From Ruthenibacterium sp. (lineage in GTDB: Bacteria > Bacillota > Clostridia > Oscillospirales > Ruminococcaceae), in assembly GCA_036642215.1 (NCBI GenBank), contig JAVXUG010000001.1:11896-75895 (forward strand): DNA of 64,000 bases, given 5' to 3'. Shown here one piece after another: positions 47,690-57,168 of this stretch; the stretch's first letter is position 1; each line of letters opens with the position of its first letter. The notes under the pieces are model-generated. The model searched no databases, was not told the origin of the DNA, and saw only the letters and a program-made list of their open reading frames with translations. The position numbers were made by a program, and so were the translations under genes.

Positions 47690-47815
47690 TCTACGATGCG
47701 ACTTCTACAGCAATTTAACAAAATAAGAGGATGCTCTATGCCATCTTCTTTGCCGGTTGCGGCTTGATTCACAGAACACTGCAGTTCTCCTCATGAATGA
47801 AACCGCTATAGCAGC
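47690..47815 (-). repeat. Dispersed repeat, copy D (flank-only / 'empty' version)
   Basis: Minus strand reads ggcatagagcatcctctt-attttgttaaattgctgta, which joins the left and right flanks of copy A; also shares catgaatgaaaccgc with 53925-53939. Confidence 0.55.
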
Positions 47816-47827
47816 TCTGCGCAGCGC

Positions 47828-48688
47828 TTAACGGCGCTGCACATCCCGGTGCTCCACCCCCGGATTATAACCAAGCGTTTGTGCAAATTTTGCCAGTAAA
47901 GCAGCAAAGGTTATCGAGCGATGCTTGCCCCCGGTACAGCCTATTGCAACCGTCAGTTGGCTCTTTCCCTCTTTTACATACAGCGGGAGTGAAAATCGCA
48001 GCAGTTCTTCCATGCGCTCCAAAAGCCCTTTTGCCTCCTCAAACTGCATCACATAGTCCATCACCTCGGTGTCAAGCCCCGTCTTGTCTTTCAGCTCTGG
48101 CACATAGAACGGATTGGGCAGACATCGCACATCAAATACAATGTCCGCTTCCTTTGGCTGTCCGTATTTAAAGCCGAACGAGACAAAGGTAAGTGTCATG
48201 GCATCCGAAGTCTTTTCCACAAACAGCGATATTACGCGGTCTTTTAGCTGTGCCGTGGAAAACAGCGAGGTATCAATTTTATAATCTGCCGCTTCAAAAA
48301 GCGGATCTAAAATCTCGCGTTCCATGAGCAGCGCCTGCTCGGTTGACACCTGCGACGCAATACTGATGGGATGGCGGCGGCGTGTTTCCTTATAGCGCCG
48401 CTCAAGTACATCGCTGCGCGCGTCCAGAAAAAGTATTTTATATTCCACCGCGCGCGCGCTGAGCTGCTGTAATGCGTCCTTGATGTCCTGTGCCGAGTGC
48501 GCGCCGCGAATATCAAGCACAATGGCAACGCGCTGCAACGGATTTTCGCTCTGTGCGGAAAAGTCCATCAGCTTTGCCAGTAAATTAGCGGGAATATTAT
48601 CAATACAAAAAAAGCCAATATCCTCAAGCGCATTCATTGCAAGCGATTTTCCGGCACCCGACAGACCCGTGACAATCAGCAAATTCAT
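47828..48688 (-). CDS. rapZ: RNase adapter RapZ / YvcJ P-loop protein
   Basis: GLSGAGKS, FCIDNIP, SFGFKYG, DVRCLPNPFY and GCTGGKHRS. Confidence 0.97.
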   Translation of the reverse strand: MNLLIVTGLSGAGKSLAMNALEDIGFFCIDNIPANLLAKLMDFSAQSENPLQRVAIVLDIRGAHSAQDIKDALQQLSARAVEYKILFLDARSDVLERRYKETRRRHPISIASQVSTEQALLMEREILDPLFEAADYKIDTSLFSTAQLKDRVISLFVEKTSDAMTLTFVSFGFKYGQPKEADIVFDVRCLPNPFYVPELKDKTGLDTEVMDYVMQFEEAKGLLERMEELLRFSLPLYVKEGKSQLTVAIGCTGGKHRSITFAALLAKFAQTLGYNPGVEHRDVQRR

Positions 48689-48701
48689 TTGGCTTTCTCC
48701 C

Positions 48702-49607
48702 TTATCTTACAACTCGCACTTCTTTTTCAAGCTCATAACCCGTTTCGCGCTTGACAATAGCGCAAACCTCGTCCGTCAGCGCCAAAACATCTTCGCATGT
48801 GCCGCAGCCTGTATTCACCACAAATCCGCAATGCTTTGTACTGATGGCAGCACCGCCTACCGCGTACCCGCGCAGGCCGCACTGATCAATCAGCGCGCCT
48901 GCAAATGCCCCGGCGGGGCGTTTAAAGGTGCTGCCTGCACTGGGCATATCAAGCGGCTGCTTTTCTGCGCGGCGCTGGGCATAGTCCTGCATGAGAGCAC
49001 GAACCTCTGCCGCATCGCCCTGCTTTAGCAAAAACGCCGCACTTTGAATGCACCATGCCTCTTGTTCAAACACTGATGTGCGGTAGCTAAGCGAAAGCTT
49101 CTGTGCTAAAAGCGTGCGCCGCGCACCGGTTTCATCGTAAAATGTTGCGCTGTGCAAAACGTCCTTCATTTCACCGCCATACGCGCCCGCATTCATATAG
49201 ACAGCACCGCCCACGCTGCCCGGAATACCATAGGCAAATTCCATCCCTGTCAGGCCATGCTCTGCCGCGGCAAGACAAACATCAGCAAGCGCCGCACCCG
49301 CCATGGCCGTTACCACATTGCCCTCAACCGCAATATCACTCAGCGCCTCGCCCACATGAAGCACAACGCCGTCATAGCCCTCGTCCGCGAACAAAACATT
49401 CGAGCCTTTTCCCAGCAGATACCAGCGCGCTTGCTGCGCACGGCACACCGCAAGTGCCTGCTCTAGCTGCAACGCGGACTGCGGAGTGCAAAAGACTGCC
49501 GCCGCTCCTCCGATTTTAAAGGTCGTATGCCGCGCAAGCGGCTCCGCCACCAAAAAGGGAATATTGTTTGCGCGCAACGCCGCCGCAACGCTGTCTATCT
49601 TTTCCAT
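48702..49607 (-). CDS. murB: UDP-N-acetylenolpyruvoylglucosamine reductase
   Basis: HTTFKIGG, GKGSNVL, GIPGSVGGAVYMNAGAYG, KQPLDMPSAGSTFKRP and LEKEV. Confidence 0.98.
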   Translation of the reverse strand: MEKIDSVAAALRANNIPFLVAEPLARHTTFKIGGAAAVFCTPQSALQLEQALAVCRAQQARWYLLGKGSNVLFADEGYDGVVLHVGEALSDIAVEGNVVTAMAGAALADVCLAAAEHGLTGMEFAYGIPGSVGGAVYMNAGAYGGEMKDVLHSATFYDETGARRTLLAQKLSLSYRTSVFEQEAWCIQSAAFLLKQGDAAEVRALMQDYAQRRAEKQPLDMPSAGSTFKRPAGAFAGALIDQCGLRGYAVGGAAISTKHCGFVVNTGCGTCEDVLALTDEVCAIVKRETGYELEKEVRVVR

Positions 49608-49624
49608 AAATTCCTCCGTGAAAC

Positions 49625-50590
49625 TTATTTTGTCTGTTTTCCAAGACAGGCCGCGCCCACAATTCCCGCGTCGTTGCGCAATTGTGCCGCAACAATTTGT
49701 GTGCGCTTTAGGCCTTTGCGCGCGTAATCCTCTTTATCCACATAAGCGCGAATCGGTGCAAGCAGGGTTTCGCCCTCTTTTGAGACACCGCCGCCGATGC
49801 AGATAATTTCCGGCTGAAAAATATTGATAACATTTGTAACACCGCATGCGACATATTCAATAAAGCTCTTTATAATATCCGTGGCGAGAACATCACCGGC
49901 GCGCATGCCGTCAAATGCTGTCTTTGCGTTAATTTTGCTCGCATCGCCGCCCACAAGATCCCACATCATATTGTCCTTGCGCGCCTCCATCGCAGCGCGT
50001 GTATCCTCTGCCAGTGCACGGGCAGACGCATATTTTTCCCAGCATCCGCAGCGACCGCACATACAGCGCCGGCCGTCTTTTTGGATAACAGTATGCCCGA
50101 TTTCTGCGCCGGCAGAGTTAAAGCCGGAGAAAATTTTCCCGTCGATGATAATACCGCTTCCGATCCCGGTGCCCAGCGTAATAACAACCGCATACCGTGC
50201 GTTCTGCGCGCCTCCTGCGATATATTCGCCATAGGCCGCCGCGTTCGCATCATTTTCAATCAGCACTTTACAGGGAAGCAGCTTCTCCATTGCCTCCATA
50301 AGATGCCAGTTATGGTAGCCGAAATTTGCGTTAAATTCAACAATGCCGCTCTCCGCATCCACACTTCCGGGTGTGCCGATTCCCACCCAGTTAATCTGGT
50401 TGGCAAAGTCCAACTGATTGTTTTTCACTATGGTTTTGCACAAATCAGCAATGGATTGCTCCACCTCATGCTCCGGACGCGGCAGATTGGTCTTTTCGGA
50501 AATGGTGTCAATTATTTTATTGCCTTCATCCACAAGCCCTACGGCAATTTTAGTTCCTCCAAGATCAACGCCCAAGCTGTATTGTTTCAT
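49625..50590 (-). CDS. ROK-family sugar kinase (glucokinase-like)
   Basis: DLGGT, ENDANAAAYGE, TLGTGIGSG, GAEIGH and CMCGRCGCWE. Confidence 0.95.
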   Translation of the reverse strand: MKQYSLGVDLGGTKIAVGLVDEGNKIIDTISEKTNLPRPEHEVEQSIADLCKTIVKNNQLDFANQINWVGIGTPGSVDAESGIVEFNANFGYHNWHLMEAMEKLLPCKVLIENDANAAAYGEYIAGGAQNARYAVVITLGTGIGSGIIIDGKIFSGFNSAGAEIGHTVIQKDGRRCMCGRCGCWEKYASARALAEDTRAAMEARKDNMMWDLVGGDASKINAKTAFDGMRAGDVLATDIIKSFIEYVACGVTNVINIFQPEIICIGGGVSKEGETLLAPIRAYVDKEDYARKGLKRTQIVAAQLRNDAGIVGAACLGKQTK

Positions 50591-51336
50591 AAGTTTTCCT
50601 CCATTGTAATTGCAATTTTTTTATGATGTGCTTTTAATTCGCGAATTAAATTTTCTTTTCCGGCATTGACAATCAGCTCCGGCGGAAAATCAATTTCCAC
50701 CAGCATCGGCAGTACACTGTTGCACTGTGCCAAATCATAAATGGAATGTGCGTCGGAATTTACGGCAATCACAGTGCCGTTCCTTTTACATGCAAGCGCA
50801 AGCGCGCGCATATTTTTCTCGTTGCCGGGGCGTATCTTGCAGGAATTGGCGTTCATTTCCACTACCTTGTGCTGCTTTGCAAAGGCCTTTGTCACGGTGT
50901 CATAATCATACGCGTAATCGCGCGACTCTGAGTGTCCTATCATGTCTACGGCTGAATTTTCCGCAACATTAAGCCACATCTGCGTAGAATCATCAAAGCT
51001 GAGCGAACGGCCTAAAACATCCCAATGGGCAGAGACAACGACCCAGTCAAAGCCAAACTGTGCAAGCTCTTCCTTTGTAAAATCCAGCGTGCCCTGCGCG
51101 TCTGTAACATTGGCCTCCACACCCTTCAGCACCCACACTCCCTCTATGCGCTGCGGCAAAAGAACAAGATTGTAAAAGTACCACGGGTGCGGAGCGTCCG
51201 GCAAAGCCGGGCCATGGTCGGTGACGGCCATGGCGAACAAATCCAGCTTGTTCGCCTGTGTCGCCATCTCCGTCAATGTATTAAAAGCATGATTGGACAC
51301 TAACGTGTGCGTGTGAAGGTCCGCAATGATTTTCAT
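50587..51336 (-). CDS. PHP-domain phosphatase (YcdX-like)
   Basis: DLHTHT, TDHGP, GVEAN, SAH, IGH and NSDAH metal ligands. Confidence 0.92.
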   Translation of the reverse strand: MKIIADLHTHTLVSNHAFNTLTEMATQANKLDLFAMAVTDHGPALPDAPHPWYFYNLVLLPQRIEGVWVLKGVEANVTDAQGTLDFTKEELAQFGFDWVVVSAHWDVLGRSLSFDDSTQMWLNVAENSAVDMIGHSESRDYAYDYDTVTKAFAKQHKVVEMNANSCKIRPGNEKNMRALALACKRNGTVIAVNSDAHSIYDLAQCNSVLPMLVEIDFPPELIVNAGKENLIRELKAHHKKIAITMEENL

Positions 51337-51410
51337 AGAATCTTATGCTCTCTTTTCTGCGTTGTTTTATAGCGTTTTTCAAAATACTATCCTGCGCACC
51401 AGCCGTAGGT

Positions 51411-51500
51411 TAGCGCATAGAATCGCCCCGCGAGGGGTCTTACAGCAGCTTTTCAAGCGCTCAAGAGAAGCGATCATAAGTGAAGCTGCTGTAGATAGCC
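51411..51500 (-). repeat. Dispersed repeat, copy C (partial)
   Basis: Minus strand reads tacagcagctt...aagctgctgta (hairpin) followed by cccctcgcggggcgattctatgcgc, matching the core of copies A and B. Confidence 0.65.
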
Positions 51501-51536
51501 GTTGATTTGTCAAGGCTTGATGCAATCAGCGTTTCT

Positions 51537-52472
51537 CTAAGTCTGCGGGATATCCGCGTCAAGACCCAGCTTGCTCATCAGCTCCTGCGCGGCGTTATAG
51601 CCCATTTTCTTCTGACGGTTGTTGATTGCGGCAGCCTCTAAAATAACAGCGAGATTACGACCCGGCATAACCGGAATTACGGTGCTTGCCAGCGGAATCC
51701 CCAGAATGTCAATGGTGTCCGTTTCAAGGCCTGTGCGGCTGTAATTTTTTGTCTTGTTCCACTGTTCCAGTTGTACCACAAGATCAATTTTCTCGCTCAT
51801 TTTGACAGCACCGCTGCCAAAAACGCGCGCAACGTTGATAATGCCAACACCGCGCAATTCGATAAAGTGACGGATATTTTCCGGTGCTGTGCCAACAATT
51901 GTGCGGTTTGACACACGGCGCAGTTCTACAGCATCATCTGCGATGAGCCGGTGTCCGCGCTTTACAAGCTCAATGGCTGTCTCGCTTTTGCCGACACCGC
52001 TTTCTCCCAGAATCAAAATACCCTCGCCGTACACCTCAACTAAAACGCCGTGGCGTGTGATGCGCTCCGCAAGCTCTACGCTCAAAATGGAAATAATAGA
52101 GCTCATCATCACGGATGTATTTTCAGCCGTGCGGAAGATCGGTACTTCATACTGCTCCGCAAACTCCAAAATGCCGTCACAGATATCAAGACTGCGCGTG
52201 ACCACAACCGCCGGCGGCTTTGTCGCAAACAGTGTGTGTACATGGCTGCGGCGCTCGCTCTCCGGCAGCGTGCGCAAATACCCCATCTCTGCATTGCCGA
52301 GAATTTGCACACGGGTCGGGTCAAAAAATTCGTCATATCCCGTCAGCAGCAAACCGGGTCTGTTCACATCGGCCGTGACGATTTGAATGTCCTTCAATTC
52401 ACACGGTGTGTACACGATTTCGAGATTGAGCTGTTTTACAATTTTATCAAGGGAAACACTAAACTGTGCCAT
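51537..52472 (-). CDS. hprK: HPr kinase/phosphorylase
   Basis: HGVLVEVYGEGILILGESGVGKSE, GHRLIADD, IELRGVGII and PGRNLAVILE. Confidence 0.98.
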   Translation of the reverse strand: MAQFSVSLDKIVKQLNLEIVYTPCELKDIQIVTADVNRPGLLLTGYDEFFDPTRVQILGNAEMGYLRTLPESERRSHVHTLFATKPPAVVVTRSLDICDGILEFAEQYEVPIFRTAENTSVMMSSIISILSVELAERITRHGVLVEVYGEGILILGESGVGKSETAIELVKRGHRLIADDAVELRRVSNRTIVGTAPENIRHFIELRGVGIINVARVFGSGAVKMSEKIDLVVQLEQWNKTKNYSRTGLETDTIDILGIPLASTVIPVMPGRNLAVILEAAAINNRQKKMGYNAAQELMSKLGLDADIPQT

Positions 52473-52716
52473 AAAAACACCCTTTCTGTATCTGTTGAAT
52501 CCATATATTGTTATTATATAGTATTTGCGAGCAGAGTGCAATTTTCATTTATGTATTTTGCGTGACTTTAAATACTTTCTTTCTTTTGAAAAATTTGGTA
52601 TACTAATATCGTTATATGGTATATGTGCCAAAGCGTAAGATGTCGCATCGCATCAAGGCTTTCCCCTGCCGCCGTCACCGGCGGTGCAAACGCACGTGTA
52701 AGAAGGAGAATTGCAT

Positions 52717-53892
52717 ATGAAAATAGCTATTTTTACGGAAACCTATTTTCCGTTTATCAGCGGCATTGTCACGCATATCAAAACGCTGAAGGACGCTCTG
52801 GAAGCAGAGGGTCACGAGGTGCTGATTGTCACCTCCAACCCCAAAGCCACACATCACTATGTCAAGGACGGCGTGCTGTACTGTCCCGGCATCCCGCTGA
52901 AGCGCATCTACGGCTATGGCTTTTCCAATCCGCTGAATGTGCAGCGGCTCAAAATCATCAAAGAATTTAACCCGGACATTCTTCATATCCACACAGAATT
53001 CAGCATGGGTATTTTTGCCCAGTTTGCCGCGCGCAAGCTGAAAAAGCCCATCGTTTATACCCTGCACACGATGTATGACGATTATTTGTTCTATGTTGCG
53101 CCGGAAAAGTTCCAGAACATGGTTAAGCCGGCCGCACATTTATACTTTCGGAAAACGGCCAATCACGCGACGGAGGTAATCGGGCCGTCGCTGAAGGTTG
53201 TGGAATTTTTGCGGCGCTGCGGCGTAGAGCGCCATATTAACATCGTGCCCAACACGGTTGATTTATCTGATTTTCTGCCGCAGAACGTCTCCGCCAAGGA
53301 GGTCGCTGACATCCGCGAAACGCTTGAGATTCATGACGGCGATGTCGCCATGTGCTTTGTGGGTCGGCTTGGCAAAGAAAAAAGCATTGATGTGCAGATT
53401 GATTTTCTCGCGCGCTATTTTAAAGATGATTTGCGCTATAAGCTGTTTATTATTGGCGACGGACCTGAGCGCGAAAATTTAAGCCGCCAGATTTTAACCC
53501 TGGGGATGCAAAAGCAGATAAAGCTGCTGGGTCGTATTGAACACGCCGCCCTGCCGCCCTATTATCACGCCTGCGATTTATTCACCACCGCATCGCTGTC
53601 GGAAATCAACTCCATCTCCATGCTGGAAGCGATGGCAAGCGGCCTGTATATTATTCAGCGCTATGACTTATACAACAAAAACCAGATCATCGTCGGTGAA
53701 AATGGCGCAACCTACACCACTGCCGAGGAAATGGCTGCACTCCTGCGCGAGGAATGCGCCCTATCCTCCGCGCAGCGCGTCACGCGCCGCGCTACGGTCA
53801 CTGCATGCGCCACGCGATACGGTTGCAAAGAGTTTGTCGCCGCCGTGATGAATGTATATCAGCGCGCCCAGCGGGAATATAAGGCAAAATAA
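52717..53892 (+). CDS. GT4 glycosyltransferase (diacylglycerol glycosyltransferase-like)
   Basis: KIAIFTETYFPFISGIVT, HIHTEFSMG, YTLHTMY, FVGRLGKEK and SEINSISMLEAMASG. Confidence 0.9.
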   Translation: MKIAIFTETYFPFISGIVTHIKTLKDALEAEGHEVLIVTSNPKATHHYVKDGVLYCPGIPLKRIYGYGFSNPLNVQRLKIIKEFNPDILHIHTEFSMGIFAQFAARKLKKPIVYTLHTMYDDYLFYVAPEKFQNMVKPAAHLYFRKTANHATEVIGPSLKVVEFLRRCGVERHINIVPNTVDLSDFLPQNVSAKEVADIRETLEIHDGDVAMCFVGRLGKEKSIDVQIDFLARYFKDDLRYKLFIIGDGPERENLSRQILTLGMQKQIKLLGRIEHAALPPYYHACDLFTTASLSEINSISMLEAMASGLYIIQRYDLYNKNQIIVGENGATYTTAEEMAALLREECALSSAQRVTRRATVTACATRYGCKEFVAAVMNVYQRAQREYKAK

Positions 53893-53964
53893 TCACGCAC
53901 CCTAAGGAACATTCCCACTATCAGCATGAATGAAACCGCGATTAAACGCAAGACATCAATCAAT

Positions 53965-54012
53965 GTAAAAAGCTGCCGCACCGTCCTAGAAATACGGTGC
54001 GGCAGCTTTTTT
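53965..54012. terminator. Bidirectional terminator embedded in a longer imperfect inverted repeat
   Basis: aaaaagctgccgcaccgt...acggtgcggcagctttttt. Confidence 0.8.
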
Positions 54013-54175
54013 GCGGTTGCTTTGTGTCGATTCACATTCATGCGATCGTTCCTTGAGAATCAGTCAAAAGGTTGCGAAAATAATTTCCGCCTTACAAGGC
54101 AGAGCAGCCCGCCCGCTTAGGCAGACAATAAAATCCCTTGCGCATCTATTTTTTAAAAAGCATATTGCTGACAGC

Positions 54176-54409
54176 TCAAAATGCCTCGTTCTCAATGCGC
54201 TGCACCATTTTTAAAAGTCCGGCGGCGCTGTTGAAGTTTTCCGGGATAATTTCCGTTGCGGGAATGGAAATATCGTATTCATCATTCAGCAGATTGATTG
54301 TCTGGATGATATCAAAAGAGCTGAACAGCCCATCATCAATCAGTGTTGTACAGGTTTCGTAGTCAATGCCATCCTTGACTTCTTGTAAAATTTCGATGAT
54401 TGCTTCCAT
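54176..54409 (-). CDS. Acyl/aminoacyl carrier protein (DltC-like)
   Basis: Acidic 77-aa protein with LIDDGLFSSFDII and IIPENFNS. Confidence 0.88.
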   Translation of the reverse strand: MEAIIEILQEVKDGIDYETCTTLIDDGLFSSFDIIQTINLLNDEYDISIPATEIIPENFNSAAGLLKMVQRIENEAF

Positions 54410-54410
54410 G

Positions 54411-55613
54411 TTAAAATTCTCCTTTTAAAATTGTATTCAAACGATAACTCTCGATTGCTTCGCGCTGAAGTAAACTTCCCTGCGCCTCGCTGTAAAGCAA
54501 AATGCGCGGCATTGCACGGCTTAAAAAAAGCAGCAGCCCTTCGGTTACGCTGTACGCGCCAAGGTTTTCAAACACAAGAATATCACCTGTGGCAAGCCCC
54601 TCCATGTGCACCTTGCGCACAAGAATATCAGCTGTTGTACAAAGGCTGCCGCACAGTGTCCAGTCCCTCGTCTGTGCCTCCTGTAGGATCGGCGCGCGTT
54701 CAAAAGCGTGGAAATGCCGGATCATCGGCACCTTCATCCCCATCATCTGCCCGTAATAATTGACGTGATGGATGCCGCCGTCGACAAGCGCATACGAGGT
54801 ATCACCGTTTTGCTTGCAGTCGGTCACGGTCGTGAGGTACGAACCGCATTGCGCTGTAAAAAAACGTCCCATTTCCACGGTGAGCTGAAACTGATCCGAC
54901 AATCGCCGCAGATGCGGTGCAATCTCTTTCAGCATATCATACCGCGTCTCGAAATTATCGTCCTCAAAATATGGCACGGAAAGACCCGGACCGTATTCTA
55001 TGCGCTCGCATGAAAAGCCGCACTCCTGCCGAAGACGCGCGCAAAGCGTTTCCAGCCATGTCAGCTCACGCTCAATTTCCTGCACACGCTTTTTTTGCGT
55101 TCCCGTAAAAAAGTGAATCCCGACAAAGTGCAGAGCCGGATAATCGGCACTGCACCGGACAATATCCGCCAGCACCTGCTCGTCCATGCCGAACTGACTT
55201 TGATGCGCCACGCGCAGCAGCACCGGAATCACGCGCTTTTGGGCGCTTGCCGCGCTTTGCAGCAGTTCCACCTGGCGCAAGCTCTCCGCCGTGTACAGCC
55301 CCACATCGTCCGCCAGCGCCTGTTCGATATCCTGCGGCGTTTTGCTTACGCCGGAAAACAAAATGCGCTGACGGGAAATGCCAAGCTCCTCGCAGATGTG
55401 TAATTCGCCCGGACTGCACACCTCAAGCCATTCTACATGGCGCAGCATTTCCCGTATCAAAAACGGATTTGCCTTGATGGAATAGCACAGATGAACGTTT
55501 GAACCCAGAATCTCCTGTACCTGCGCCATATGCAGGGAAAGCACGTCGGTGTCAAAGACAAAGCACGGCGTTCCGTACTGCGCAGCAATTGACCGCAAGA
55601 CAGCCTCCGTCAT
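54411..55613 (-). CDS. PLP-dependent group IV decarboxylase (diaminopimelate decarboxylase/BtrK-like)
   Basis: YGTPCFVFD, YSIKAN (PLP Lys), EVCSPGE, GIHFFTGTQ, VEMGRF, GSLCTTAD and GAYS. Confidence 0.88.
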   Translation of the reverse strand: MTEAVLRSIAAQYGTPCFVFDTDVLSLHMAQVQEILGSNVHLCYSIKANPFLIREMLRHVEWLEVCSPGELHICEELGISRQRILFSGVSKTPQDIEQALADDVGLYTAESLRQVELLQSAASAQKRVIPVLLRVAHQSQFGMDEQVLADIVRCSADYPALHFVGIHFFTGTQKKRVQEIERELTWLETLCARLRQECGFSCERIEYGPGLSVPYFEDDNFETRYDMLKEIAPHLRRLSDQFQLTVEMGRFFTAQCGSYLTTVTDCKQNGDTSYALVDGGIHHVNYYGQMMGMKVPMIRHFHAFERAPILQEAQTRDWTLCGSLCTTADILVRKVHMEGLATGDILVFENLGAYSVTEGLLLFLSRAMPRILLYSEAQGSLLQREAIESYRLNTILKGEF

Positions 55614-57148
55614 CGTGTGCGCCCCCTCTCCCGTGTGCTTTGATAATCCGCCAAAAGCTTTTGACGGTCAATTTTTCCGTTTTTTGTCATGGGCAGAACG
55701 TCCTGATGCACCATGGCATTGGGCTGCATAAACGGGGGAAGCACTGCTTGCAGCGCTGTCAAAAGCGCTGATTTTTCACCCACTCCGTCATAAAACGCAA
55801 GCAGCCGCTTTTTTTCCGGCCAATAAATGCAGCAGGCGCGGTTTACCCCTGCCTGCGTCTGCAGCACCGTTTCTATCTCGCCCAATTCGATGCGGTGCCC
55901 CATATGCTTAATTTGAAAATCCTTGCGCGACGCATATACAAGGCTTCCATCCTCTTGATAGCGCGCAAGATCGCCGGTGCGATACATGCGCTCCGGATAT
56001 GCCTTGTTCAGCGGATTTTGCACAAAGCTTGCCTGTGTTCGTTCAAAATCATTATAATAACCAAGTGCCAATGCCGTCCCGCACACACAGATTTCGCCTA
56101 AAATGCCAGGCTCCGTCACCGGCCTGTTCTGTTCATCCAGCAACAGTATCTTCTCATTGGGAAACGGCCTGCCCAGCGGCAGCGTCTCCCCCTGTGAAAA
56201 TGCCCTGTCAAGAATATAATAAAAGCAATTGCACGTAATCTCCGTTGGACCGTACACATTGACATACCGCGCATCCGGTAAAAATTCGCGCCAAAGGTTC
56301 AGATGCTTTATGGGCATGACCTCTCCGCTGAAAATAATCTGCCGCACACTTTGAGGCGTTTTGTACGCAAGCCCCTGCATTGTTGTGACAAAGCACAGCG
56401 CGCTGACCGCCCAAATCAGCGTTGACGGTTTGCGCTCGCAAAGATAATCCATCAGCTTTACCGGCTGACTGAAATAGGCGCGCGGAATAAGCTGTACCGT
56501 TGCCCCCGTTGCAAGTCCGCTGTAAATATCCTTGACGGACACATCAAAATCGAACGGTGCCTGATTGCCCAGCACATCTGCCTGCGTAATAGAAAAGATT
56601 GCGGTAAATTGGTCGATAAAATCAATCACCGAGCGATGTCCGACCACCACGCCCTTTGGCACACCCGTGCTGCCGCTTGTAAAGTTTGCATACAGCGGGT
56701 CAAGGTCTGTTGCCTGTTCGCGTACAGCGCACAGCAGCACGCCGTCCGGTGTGTCCTGCGCTGCTTGCTCCAAGAAAACAATCGTGCCCTCGAAGGAAAG
56801 CGCCTCCGCCAGCGCACGGTTTTCCTCGTCCACAAGCAGTATGTCCGGTTGCAGCACCTGTAAAATCGTCTCCAGCCGCGCACTCGGATGCTTCACATCA
56901 AGCGGAACATAAAAGCAGCCCGCATAAACAGCGCCAAGAAAGCCCGCAACCGTAAGCGCGCTTTTTTCCGTCAGCACGGCAATGGGTGTGCGCGTTTTTG
57001 CCCCTTGCCGGATCAGCACCGTGCCAACAGCGCGGGCACAATGCAGCAACCGGGCAAAGCTCAGCGTATTGCTTTCGTCGGCAAAGGCCGCTTTTTGCGG
57101 TAGGCGCTCAGCGGAGCGCTCCAAATATTCCAGTACGCTTATTTGCAT
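55610..57148 (-). CDS. Stand-alone amino acid adenylation domain (DltA-like)
   Basis: FTSGSTGVPKG, PFDFDVS, NVYGPTE, YRTGDL, QIKHMGHRIELGEIE and NGKIDR. Confidence 0.93.
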   Translation of the reverse strand: MQISVLEYLERSAERLPQKAAFADESNTLSFARLLHCARAVGTVLIRQGAKTRTPIAVLTEKSALTVAGFLGAVYAGCFYVPLDVKHPSARLETILQVLQPDILLVDEENRALAEALSFEGTIVFLEQAAQDTPDGVLLCAVREQATDLDPLYANFTSGSTGVPKGVVVGHRSVIDFIDQFTAIFSITQADVLGNQAPFDFDVSVKDIYSGLATGATVQLIPRAYFSQPVKLMDYLCERKPSTLIWAVSALCFVTTMQGLAYKTPQSVRQIIFSGEVMPIKHLNLWREFLPDARYVNVYGPTEITCNCFYYILDRAFSQGETLPLGRPFPNEKILLLDEQNRPVTEPGILGEICVCGTALALGYYNDFERTQASFVQNPLNKAYPERMYRTGDLARYQEDGSLVYASRKDFQIKHMGHRIELGEIETVLQTQAGVNRACCIYWPEKKRLLAFYDGVGEKSALLTALQAVLPPFMQPNAMVHQDVLPMTKNGKIDRQKLLADYQSTRERGRTR

Positions 57149-57168
57149 TTTGTTCCTCACTTTTCGCA

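Noticed and set aside
54411-55613. Housekeeping lysA
   Set aside because: It has the fold motifs but is coupled to an A domain and an ACP, with no lysine-pathway neighbours or lysine riboswitch. I left it without a gene symbol.
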